Origin: Candidatus Bathyarchaeota archaeon
GTDB lineage: Archaea > Thermoproteota > Bathyarchaeia > Bathyarchaeales > Bathyarchaeaceae
Length of the DNA stretch: 64,000 nt
Assembly (NCBI GenBank): GCA_963772765.1
Contig: CAVYYP010000013.1
Coordinates: 13,377-77,376 of the forward strand
Direction: 5' to 3'
The position numbers were made by a program, and so were the translations under genes. Below, piece after piece: positions 26,921 to 35,496 of the stretch (position 1 is the stretch's first letter; every line of letters starts with the position of its first letter). The notes below the pieces were generated by a model, which saw only the letters and a list, made by a program, of their open reading frames with translations, did not search any database and was not told the DNA's origin.

Positions 26921-28777
26921 TTGAGTTTCGCTAAACGAGTTCTTTATGTAGACTTGACATCTGGGAAAACAGAAGTCAAACCCCTAGATATGAAACTGGC
27001 TAAAGAATACATCGGAGGCATCGGGCTTGGAATGAAACTGTGGTTAGACCATTCCAAAGCAGGTGTTGACCCCTTCAGTCCCGAAAACCCTCTGATTTTC
27101 ATGACCGGACCCCTGACAGGAACAATGGCACCATCAGCAGGCAACAGCTATGCTGTGGTATCAAAGTCACCTTTAACCGAAACCATCGGTGAAGCAAAAG
27201 CTCACGGTTTCTTTGGCTCTGAAATAAAAAGAGCAGGATACGACGTTATCATTTTCACTGGCAAATCCGAGAAACTGGTTTATGCGTGGATTGATGATGA
27301 TTCTGTTCAGCTTCTTGATGCTGAGCACCTGAAGCATATGTCACCTGCAGAGACTGATGAAACAATCAGAGAAGAACTTGGCGACTTCTATATTCGCGTT
27401 TCAGCCATTGGTGAAGCAGGAGAAAAGCTTGTTCGAATCGCATGCATAATCAACGACGAGTACCGTGCCATTGGAAGGGGCGGTATGGGAGCTGTTATGG
27501 GCGCCAAGAACTTGAAGGCTGTTGCTGTTCGTGGAACAAAAGACGTTAATGTTTCTGATCCTGAAGCGTTTACTGAGTTTGTGCGAACAGTTCATGAGCG
27601 CATGAAGGGACCTGCCACAAGAAAGTATAGGACTTTGGGTACTCCAGAGAACGTTCTTGTTTTGAATGCTTTGGCTTCTTTGGCTACACGAAACTTTACT
27701 AATGCAACCTTTGAGGGCGCAGAGAAAGTCAGTGGTGAATATTTGAATGAACATTACGTCAAGAAGATTATTGGCTGTGCAACCTGTGGTATGCGCTGTG
27801 ACCACATTGCAGTGGTTCCTGAGGGAGAATACAAGGGCAGTACTTCTCGTGTTGAGTTTGAGTGCCTGTGGTCTTGTGGTCCTCTCTGTGGCGTCGACCG
27901 CCTAGACGCAATCATTGAAGCAATCCGCCTAGCAGACTATTACGGCATGGACGGAATCTCCATCGGTGTAGTAGTTGCAATGGCAATGGACTGCTACGAG
28001 CATGGCTTAATCACTGACAAGGATACTGACGGCTTGAAACTTAATTTCGGCAACCATGAAGCTCTTGTGGAGGCAATCAAAAGAATCGGAACCCGAACTG
28101 GCTGGTTCGGAGACACCTTTGCTGAAGGAACAATGAGGGCAGCTAAAATAATTGGCAAAGACGCCTACAAGTACGCTAACCATATCAAGGGAATGGAGCT
28201 TCCAGGCTACGACCTTAGAACATTGCAGACTGCTGCTTTGGGCTTTTCTGTTTCGTTCCGTGGGGCTTGTCACCTTCGGTCTGGTGCTTATTCGCCTGAT
28301 GTAAAGGGCAAGGTTGACCGCTTCAAGATTGAGAAAGGAAGAGGAAAACTGATCATGGACGGCGAAGACCTCTACAATGTTGTTGATTCTTTGATTTTAT
28401 GCAAGTTCTCTAGGGGAGTCATGTATGACGGCCTTAAGGACATGGCAAAATACTATGAGCTGGCAACAGGAATACCCATGACTGCAGACGATTTGCTGAA
28501 GGACGGCGAGAGAATCAACAATCTTGCCAGAATGATTAACGTTCGTGAGGGCAGAGGAACAAGGGAGTTTGATCAGCTGCCATGGAAGATTCTGAACTTC
28601 CCAGTTCCAGAAGACTGTATTGCAAAGGGAGTTCATGTGAAGCAGGAAGAGTTCGATATTGGCCTTGACGACTATTATCATGTTCGTGGCTGGACCAAGA
28701 ATGGTGTTCCCACTCCTGAAAAGCTTAAAGAACTTGGGCTAGAGGACTTGATTCCGATAGCCAAGAAGTACATGTAG
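26921..28777 (+). CDS. aor: aldehyde:ferredoxin oxidoreductase (tungstopterin AOR family)
   Basis: TTG start 7 nt after GGAGGA. Motifs include ..RVLYVDLTSGK..GGIGLG..GGMGAVMGAKNLKAVAVRG..CATCGMRC.. Confidence 0.9.
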   Translation: MSFAKRVLYVDLTSGKTEVKPLDMKLAKEYIGGIGLGMKLWLDHSKAGVDPFSPENPLIFMTGPLTGTMAPSAGNSYAVVSKSPLTETIGEAKAHGFFGSEIKRAGYDVIIFTGKSEKLVYAWIDDDSVQLLDAEHLKHMSPAETDETIREELGDFYIRVSAIGEAGEKLVRIACIINDEYRAIGRGGMGAVMGAKNLKAVAVRGTKDVNVSDPEAFTEFVRTVHERMKGPATRKYRTLGTPENVLVLNALASLATRNFTNATFEGAEKVSGEYLNEHYVKKIIGCATCGMRCDHIAVVPEGEYKGSTSRVEFECLWSCGPLCGVDRLDAIIEAIRLADYYGMDGISIGVVVAMAMDCYEHGLITDKDTDGLKLNFGNHEALVEAIKRIGTRTGWFGDTFAEGTMRAAKIIGKDAYKYANHIKGMELPGYDLRTLQTAALGFSVSFRGACHLRSGAYSPDVKGKVDRFKIEKGRGKLIMDGEDLYNVVDSLILCKFSRGVMYDGLKDMAKYYELATGIPMTADDLLKDGERINNLARMINVREGRGTREFDQLPWKILNFPVPEDCIAKGVHVKQEEFDIGLDDYYHVRGWTKNGVPTPEKLKELGLEDLIPIAKKYM

Positions 28778-28791
28778 GAGGATGAGTGTAG

Positions 28792-29289
28792 ATGCCAACA
28801 ATTCATGAGAAAAAGTTTGTTTCTGGCGACCCTGCAAAGTGTATTGGCTGCTGTGTCTGTGAGTATGCTTGTTCAATGAAGCATGAGGGTACCTATAATC
28901 CTACAAAGTCTCGTATTCGGGCTATTCGTTTGAATTCTTTTGTGAATTTGGCGGTGTCCTGTAGACTCTGTGAGGATTCTCCTTGTGTTAATGCTTGTCC
29001 ACGCGATGCTTTGAAGCAGTCTGACGAGACGGGTCTTATAATGGTTGATGAGGACAAGTGTAACGGCTGTGGATGGTGTATCGAAGCCTGCGATTATGGC
29101 GCTATTCAGTTGCATCCTGAAACCAGGAAGGTGTTCGTTTGTGACCTCTGTGACGGTCAACCCCAATGTGTTGAGTGGTGTCCAGAAGAAGCTTTGGATT
29201 TCACAACCAAGGACGTTGTTTCGCAGAAGGCAAGGATAACAGCAGTAAAGAAGCTGTTCCAAGACGCACTAAAGTCTGAAGGACAATAA
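28792..29289 (+). CDS. 4Fe-4S dicluster ferredoxin-domain protein (AOR-associated)
   Basis: Contains CIGCCVCEYAC, CRLCEDSPCVNACP, CNGCGWCIEAC and CDLC..C..WCP cluster motifs. It starts 14 nt after aor. Confidence 0.8.
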   Translation: MPTIHEKKFVSGDPAKCIGCCVCEYACSMKHEGTYNPTKSRIRAIRLNSFVNLAVSCRLCEDSPCVNACPRDALKQSDETGLIMVDEDKCNGCGWCIEACDYGAIQLHPETRKVFVCDLCDGQPQCVEWCPEEALDFTTKDVVSQKARITAVKKLFQDALKSEGQ

Positions 29290-29347
29290 ACATCCCTTTT
29301 TGTTGGAGCCTTTTTTGCTCCAGCACAACCAATTTTTGTTTCCGTTT

Positions 29348-29848
29348 TTAGGGCAGTATTTGTTGTAGTAGGTTTGCTAGATTTTTTGCTGTCATTTCGA
29401 GTACAGGTGTTAGTCCTTCTCCGAAGCTTGTGTCCTGCGGCTGAATTATTAGCAGCGCGATTTTTGCTTTTGTTGTTTGTGTTAGGTAATCGCAGAATAT
29501 TCTTAGTGGCAGGGTGTGGGTTGAGATTGAGGTTTTTCTTATCAGCTGCTCTGGGTCTGCCAGTGTTATGGTTCCTGCGGGCTGGTTTATCATTCCTGCG
29601 TCTATGAGCATTATGTGTGTGGGCTTGAAGGCGACTATCTGCTGCATGTAGCTTTCTGGGATTGTTTCTGCTTCGATTATGTACACGTTTTTTGAGGCTT
29701 TGTTTTTCAGGTTTCTTGTAACCTGCACGCCTACGTTATCGTCCTTTCGGAACGGGTTTCCGATCCCTGCTATGACCACCTTTTCAGCATCAATGAACCA
29801 TTCTTGTAGGGTTTGCTCGATTGTAGGTTGTCGTTCTGTTTCAGCCAT
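29348..29848 (-). CDS. [NiFe]-hydrogenase maturation endopeptidase (HycI/FrhD/HoxW family)
   Basis: ..VVIAGIGNPFRKDDNVGV..IIEAETIPE..IMLIDAG..STHTLPL.. contains the GxGNxxxxDDxxG motif. Confidence 0.75.
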   Translation of the reverse strand: MAETERQPTIEQTLQEWFIDAEKVVIAGIGNPFRKDDNVGVQVTRNLKNKASKNVYIIEAETIPESYMQQIVAFKPTHIMLIDAGMINQPAGTITLADPEQLIRKTSISTHTLPLRIFCDYLTQTTKAKIALLIIQPQDTSFGEGLTPVLEMTAKNLANLLQQILP

Positions 29849-30231
29849 TGCATGTGCCCTTCTTATCAGTTAGTTGAATGACAAAAATGCAATTAAAGAT
29901 TGCAGTTTACAGTTCGGTATATTTTTCAGAAAAAAGGTTAATAACTATAATTAAAATTTAGTTTAGTATTAACTGATGCACTATCAATAAATAGGTAAGT
30001 TTTACTTTTAAGGTTTTTTGCGCGCGCGCCCTTGCTTTCATTTTCAATATCAGACGACAAGGGCATTCAAAGGATTTCAAGCCATTATACAGGTGTACAT
30101 TTTTTTGGTTAAAATTTAACCTCAAACCCAAACAATTAAACTTCTGCACGCTTGCACGTCTAAACGCTTCACTTCTCTTTCTTTTCCCTTTCTCTGCGCG
30201 CGCAGAACCGTTGAAAAAGTGCTAGCTTCGT

Positions 30232-31098
30232 TTATCCGTTTATGAGGTTTGTTGGTTTTACTCTGAGTTCGTCTAGTGCTAGTTGTTGTGGTGTGAGTCC
30301 CATTGCCAGTCCTAGTAGTTGTGGGTAGTGAAGTACTGGGAGTCCAAATTTTTCTTGTAGCAGTTTTTCTATTCTGGGCTGGTTTATGTCAAACATCATG
30401 TGACAGAATGGGCAGACAGTAATCAACGCCTCTGCAGACACCGCCTTGACGTTGCGCAGCTTGTTGCCTGCAAGACGCAAAGGAATCTCATCATTAACCC
30501 CAATAATCGGCGCACCACAACAGTCCGTCTCAAACATGTAATCTAGGCACTCAGCGCCCGTCGCCTCAATAAGCCTCTTCAATATAACGGGATTTTCGGG
30601 GTCATCAAAACCAATGTACTTTGCTGGACGCAAAATATGACACCCATTATGCTCCGCAACCTTAAGACCAGTCAAAGGCTTTGTTACGGCTTGCTTGATT
30701 TTGTCCAAACCAACATCCTCTGACAACGCCTGTATCAGATGACGGACACGAATCTTGCCGCCCTCAACCTGCATGCCAACCTCTTTCAGGAGTTCATTGA
30801 CACGGGCTTTGAGTTTCTTGTCCTCTGCAAGACTCTTATTCACTTTACGTAGGGTTCCTGCACAGCCCGGACACAACGTCAAAATATCCAAGCCCTTCTG
30901 TTCAGCCAAACTTAGGTTCCGTGCAGCCAAAACAAGCATCGCCTCATGCTCTACAGAATCTATCGGCAAACCACAGCAATTGAATTCGGGCATCTCAACC
31001 AACTCAACACCCAACCGCTCTAGCACTATACGTGATGAAACTTCATAGCTTGGAATCCTGTAAGGAATAACACAACCCAAAAACAGCAGATACTTCAA
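30232..31098 (-). CDS. hdrB: heterodisulfide reductase subunit B-like (two CCG domains)
   Basis: MKYLLFLGCVIPYR.. with ..EFNCCGLP.. and ..ETDCCGAP.., the duplicated CCG motifs. Confidence 0.85.
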   Translation of the reverse strand: MKYLLFLGCVIPYRIPSYEVSSRIVLERLGVELVEMPEFNCCGLPIDSVEHEAMLVLAARNLSLAEQKGLDILTLCPGCAGTLRKVNKSLAEDKKLKARVNELLKEVGMQVEGGKIRVRHLIQALSEDVGLDKIKQAVTKPLTGLKVAEHNGCHILRPAKYIGFDDPENPVILKRLIEATGAECLDYMFETDCCGAPIIGVNDEIPLRLAGNKLRNVKAVSAEALITVCPFCHMMFDINQPRIEKLLQEKFGLPVLHYPQLLGLAMGLTPQQLALDELRVKPTNLING

Positions 31099-31101
31099 AA
31101 T

Positions 31102-31644
31102 TTATTTCTCCTTCTTTGCAACCTCAGAAACAGACAACAAATCAAACAACTTAGCAATATCATCAGTGTTAGCTTTGGGCAAAGCAGGCAAACCCCGCTC
31201 CAACCGCTTCTTCTGTCTCAGCTCAGGAATCTTGTAAGCATAGCCAGTCTTCATTATATTGTCGGTTAACTCCTTGAAAACCTGAGGAACAATACCTTCA
31301 CGCACGGCAATGTTTCTTAGGGCTCTGAAAACTCCTGCAAGGTCAACGCCCTGAGGACAATGGTCAACACACGTAAAACAGGCAGCACACAACCATAGTG
31401 CTTCACTGCCAAGAATCCTGTCCTTCATCCCAAGCTGAGCCATACGCATAAGCTTACGGGGATGATACTCAGCACTGTAACGTGCAATCGGACAATCCGC
31501 AGCACACGTGCCACACTGAAAACACATCCTCAGCTTCTCAAAACCCGCAACATCCTTCATCTCATACTTGAACTTGGGGTCCAAATCGCCCATAGTAATC
31601 AGCCTAGACCTTCCAGTTTCGCTAGCAGCCTTCTTCTCAGACAT
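31102..31644 (-). CDS. hdrC: heterodisulfide reductase subunit C-like
   Basis: CFQCGTCAADCP and CAACFTCVDHCP motifs are present. A 3-nt gap separates it from hdrB. ATG 31644 was chosen (MSEKKAAS). Confidence 0.8.
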   Translation of the reverse strand: MSEKKAASETGRSRLITMGDLDPKFKYEMKDVAGFEKLRMCFQCGTCAADCPIARYSAEYHPRKLMRMAQLGMKDRILGSEALWLCAACFTCVDHCPQGVDLAGVFRALRNIAVREGIVPQVFKELTDNIMKTGYAYKIPELRQKKRLERGLPALPKANTDDIAKLFDLLSVSEVAKKEK

Positions 31645-31734
31645 CAAAGATAACCCCACAAACCGCCAAATTTCGCACATTTATCGGAGTGTAAATCAAA
31701 GGAAAAACGCCTTTAATAAACGATACTAAATATG

Positions 31735-31777
31735 AACAAAAAAATAAGAAAAAACGGTAAAAGAAAAAAATACCGTT
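31735..31777 (-). terminator. hairpin plus oligo-T directly after nfnB
   Basis: On the minus strand, AACGGTA-(11 nt)-TACCGTT (31753-31777) starts 9 nt after the nfnB stop and is followed by TTTTTCTTATTTTTTTG. Confidence 0.5.
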
Positions 31778-31785
31778 ACAGAGCT

Positions 31786-33193
31786 CTATTTTGCTTTCTT
31801 TTTCTGGATATACTCGTGGATACCATTTGCGGCCGTCTTGCCTGCGCCCATGGCACTGATTACTGTAGCTGCACCGCTTACAACGTCACCGCCAGCATAG
31901 ACGCCCTCTTTCGTAGTTGCGCCGTCCTCTTCCTGCGTAACAATGGTGCCCCACTTCGTAGTCTCAAGACCTTCAGTAGTTCTTTGAATCAAAGGATTAG
32001 GAGTCTGACCGATAGCGATGATTGCGGTGTCGATGTCCATCATGAACTCGGAGCCTTCAACAGGAACAGGTCTGCGCCTTCCCGAAGCATCAGGTTCGCC
32101 AAGCTCCATCTTGATGCACTCCATGCCGTTTACCCAGCCGCTCTCGTCACCGACAAACTTGACAGGATTAGTCAACAGCCTAAAGATGATACCTTCCTCT
32201 TCCGCGTTCTCTGCCTCTTCAGCACGGGCAGGAAGCTCCTCACGTGAACGCCTGTACACAATGTAGACTTTTTCTGCACCCAAACGCAGACTGCAACGCG
32301 CAGAGTCCATTGCAACGTTTCCGCCGCCGATAACTGCAACGTTCTTGCCGATTCGGATAGGAGTATCATATTCCGGGAACAGGTAGCCCTTCATCAGGTT
32401 AACGCGAATCAGGAACTCGTTAGCAGAATAAACTCCGCCTAGGTTCTCGCCTGGAATCCTCATGAAACGTGGAAGACCTGCACCGCTGCCAACAAATATT
32501 GCATCAAAGCCATTAGCAAACAGCTCATCAATGGTATAGATTCTGCCGATGGTGTAGTTGGTTTTTACGTCAACGCCAAGCTTCTTGATGTAGTCGACCT
32601 CTGTCTGCACAATCTCTTTGGGCAAACGGAACTCAGGAATACCATACATCAAAACGCCGCCAGGCAGATGCAAAGACTCAAACATTACAACTTCATGGCC
32701 ACGCTGGACCAAATCTGCTGCAACAGTAAGACCTGCAGGACCAGAACCGACGATAGCAACTTTGCCAGTCACGCCAGCTTTCTGCGTCCTCAGGAATGGT
32801 AACTCCCTGCTTTCTCTCGTAGTCAGAAGCAAACCGCTCCAAACGTCCGATAGAGATGGGGTCGCCCATTTTGCCTAGAACACACATTTTCTGGCACTGG
32901 TTCTCTTGAGGACAAACACGTCCACAAACCGCAGGCAGTGCATTCTTTTCTTTGATCTTCTTGCTTGCACCAACATAGTCTTTCTCTTTGATCAACTTGA
33001 TGAATTCTGGAATAGGAACATCAACTGGACAGCCCTGCACACAGCGAGGGTTAGGACACTGAAGACAGCGTTCTGCCTCTGCAAGAGCTTGCTCCTCATC
33101 GTAGCCTAGAGCTACCTCATAGAAGTTGTGAATCCTATCTAGGACATCCTGTTTGTCCATCTCAATTGCATGTTTCCGCTTTTCTTTATCCAC
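31786..33193 (-). pseudogene. nfnB: NfnB/SudA/GltD-like NADPH-dependent oxidoreductase large subunit, one apparent +1 frameshift near 32795-32832
   Basis: ORF 32693-33193 carries CLQCPNPRCVQGCP..GRVCPQENQCQKMC..ISIGRLERFASDYERK then nonsense. ORF 31786-32832 continues ..ELPFLRTQKAGVTGKVAIVGSGPAGL...VAVIGGGNVAMD...GVYAGGDVV.. One extra base (for example in GGG 32805-32807) joins them. Confidence 0.8.
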
Positions 33194-34022
33194 GCTTTAC
33201 GCCTCCACCAAGTTTCTCATAAATCATAGACGCCATCCTCTCCTCTGGCAAATACACACGCTGCCGAGAGATTAACTCATCAAAGTCGACCTCAAGCCCA
33301 TTAAACTCGGGACCATCCATGCAAGCAAACTTTGTTTCGCCGCCAACAGTAACACGACATGCACCACACATGCCAGTGCCGTCAACCATCAACGAAGCCA
33401 AAGTGACCATCGTCTTCAAGCCCATTGGTTTGGTCATTTCAACGACTTTCTTCATCATCGAAACAGGACCCATAACAACAGCATGATCAAAATTTTGACC
33501 CTTCAGCACATCAGCCAAAAAGCCAAGACCTTCACTGCCTTTAGAACCATCGTCAGTAGCAACATAGAACTCGTCAGCTGCTGCTTTCAGCTTGTCCTCG
33601 TAGACCATGTCATTTTCGGTTCTTCCCGCACAAACAACAACAGTCTTGTTGCCGCTCTTCTTGAGAGCCTCAGCAACATAATGCAGCGGAGCACACCAGA
33701 CTCCACCGCCAACAAGCAAAACAGTGCCAAACTTGCCGACCTCAGCAGGGTTTCCAAGAGGACCAGAAAAGTCCATGATATAATCGCCTGCGCTATACTT
33801 TGCTAGCTTCTTTGTGGTTCTGCCAACTGCATGAAAAGCAGTAGCAACAGTTCCCTTCTGCAGGTCAACGCCCGCGATCGTCAAGGGAACACGTTCACCT
33901 TTGTCGTCAAGACGGATAATCACGAACTGTCCAGGATTGGATTTTGCCGCAACATCTGGCGCCTCGACTTCAATCAGGTAAATGTGGGGTGCAAGTTCTG
34001 TTTTTGTAACTATTTTATACAT
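33186..34022 (-). CDS. nfnA: NfnA/SudB-like (PyrK-type) FAD/NAD(P)-binding iron-sulfur subunit
   Basis: ..PGQFVIIRLDDKGERVPLTIAG..LLVGGGVWCAPL..DGTGMCGACRV..FACMDGPEF. It overlaps nfnB by 8 nt. Confidence 0.8.
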   Translation of the reverse strand: MYKIVTKTELAPHIYLIEVEAPDVAAKSNPGQFVIIRLDDKGERVPLTIAGVDLQKGTVATAFHAVGRTTKKLAKYSAGDYIMDFSGPLGNPAEVGKFGTVLLVGGGVWCAPLHYVAEALKKSGNKTVVVCAGRTENDMVYEDKLKAAADEFYVATDDGSKGSEGLGFLADVLKGQNFDHAVVMGPVSMMKKVVEMTKPMGLKTMVTLASLMVDGTGMCGACRVTVGGETKFACMDGPEFNGLEVDFDELISRQRVYLPEERMASMIYEKLGGGVKRG

Positions 34023-34036
34023 TCCATGTCACTCCG

Positions 34037-35254
34037 TTATGCTGTGTCCTCCGATTCTGGAATCGAAGAAATCTTCTTTTTGAATGTTTCAAGTTTTTCT
34101 TTGAATTCTCCTGGATACTTGGGGCTGACACGGAAGGAGTCAAAGCGGTCATCCAAGTTATACTCCTTAAGAACTTTCTTCAGAGCAGAGAAGTTTCTTT
34201 CTCCAAGATAGGTTCCTTTGTCTAGCTTGCAGAGTTCTTCTGGACAGATAACAGCCATAACACCATCAAAGCCCAAGCTAAGCGCCTCCAAGACAAGAAC
34301 AGGATCAAAGCCCTTCGCGCATGGAAGCTCAATGATTGTTATGTCATCTGTTAGGCATCCTTTCTGCACTTCATCCAATGCAGAGAACTCGGACCATTGA
34401 CAAACAAACAGCAGAATGGCAGGTTTGCCTTGAGCCTTGATTTTTGCAGCTTTGCTGCTGCACGTTTTGAGAAGGTCTGAAACGGGTGTGAACTCGTAGC
34501 CTCTGAGCTCTATGGCTTGGTGTGGACAAACAAGAGCACATGCCCCGCAGCCCATACAGTCTTCTGTTTTGATTTCAGGAGTGCTAACGTCCTTCCAGAC
34601 GATCGCGTCGTAGGGGCAGATGAATACACATTTGCCGCAGCCAACACATTTTTCTGTGTCATAGACTGCTTTTAGTGAGTTCTTCTTTATGACAAGGTTG
34701 TCTGGGTCGTAGCCTAGAACACTTACTGTGTCTTTTAGAAGTTCAAATCTGTTGATTCCAATTTTGCTTCCTTTCTTGAATCTGCAAAAGTCTTCCTCAC
34801 ACTGCAGAACCAGTATCTTCTCTACGCCATTGGCCAAGTTGTTAAGGTAGAATTCGGGAGGAACGCGTCCAACACAAGGCAAACGTAAAGACACATAGTT
34901 TTCTAGATTCTCGTCTTTTAGGGTATCTTCAATTTTGAAGGTGACAGGGTTGCTGCCTCTACACTCTAATACAAGAGTTTTTGCTCCTTTCTCTGCCATC
35001 TCATCTTGGACTTTTTTGGTCAGTGAGTCAACATCATAATAAACAAGGTCGATTGCTGATAAGGGGCATGCGCTTACACATAAGCCACAGACTCGGCATT
35101 CGTCCACGTTCAAGATGATTTTGTTCTGTTCCTCATCCCGTGATATGGCTTCGAACGGACAAACAGCAACACATATACCGCAGCGGCTACAGTAGTCGTC
35201 TGCGATTTCTATTCCAGCGGTTCGGCATGTTTCTGTAGTCATCTTGCTCTCCAC
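34037..35254 (-). CDS. iron-sulfur protein with 4Fe-4S ferredoxin domains and two MvhD/FlpD-like domains
   Basis: Four CxxCxxCxxxCP motifs (CSRCGICVAVCP, CRVCGLCVSACP, CVGCGKCVFICP, CMGCGACALVCP). Two MvhD-like segments (..LVLECRGS..LPCVGRV..ILVLQCEEDFC.. and ..ILLFVCQWSEF..LPCAKGF..VMAVICPEELC..). Confidence 0.7.
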   Translation of the reverse strand: MESKMTTETCRTAGIEIADDYCSRCGICVAVCPFEAISRDEEQNKIILNVDECRVCGLCVSACPLSAIDLVYYDVDSLTKKVQDEMAEKGAKTLVLECRGSNPVTFKIEDTLKDENLENYVSLRLPCVGRVPPEFYLNNLANGVEKILVLQCEEDFCRFKKGSKIGINRFELLKDTVSVLGYDPDNLVIKKNSLKAVYDTEKCVGCGKCVFICPYDAIVWKDVSTPEIKTEDCMGCGACALVCPHQAIELRGYEFTPVSDLLKTCSSKAAKIKAQGKPAILLFVCQWSEFSALDEVQKGCLTDDITIIELPCAKGFDPVLVLEALSLGFDGVMAVICPEELCKLDKGTYLGERNFSALKKVLKEYNLDDRFDSFRVSPKYPGEFKEKLETFKKKISSIPESEDTA

Positions 35255-35496
35255 TCAGAAGTCAATTTTTCCTGAAGTATTGAGAATACTTCACTTCTTG
35301 ACATCAAACTTAAAGTTTTCTCTTAACCTGCTTTCAATTCACTAAAAACCCTAAAAAAGGTTCCTGAAACATGAAACACCTTGAAGATTACAAAGCAGAT
35401 TTATTCACACCAAAAAACTGCTGGTTTGAGGAATGTATTTGTTTATTAGTGTCTAGGGAAGATGTTTTCTGGTTTAAAAGGGAGTTTTGTTAGCGT

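Noticed and set aside
27458-27466. Idea that G-TAC-C is a programmed +1 frameshift or quadruplet-decoded site explaining the top6A, hdrA and cobZ breaks
   Set aside because: The same heptamers are read in the zero frame in well-conserved genes. Examples are GAG TAC CGT in aor (27458-27466, ..NDEYRAIG..), GTG TAC CGC in top6B (18952-18960, ..GVYRLMVMDNG..), CAG TAC CAT (24368-24376) and ATG TAC CGA (42404-42412). TAC CTG T is also read normally at about 24613-24621. The heptamer alone therefore cannot be a recoding signal, and assembly error is more parsimonious. It is kept as a finding only because of the shared context.
29958-30149. 63-aa ORF in the hdrB/protease spacer
   Set aside because: It has AT-rich, Lys/Leu/Asn-biased composition, no ribosome-binding site, and spans the GC-tract/hairpin region. 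More likely non-coding.
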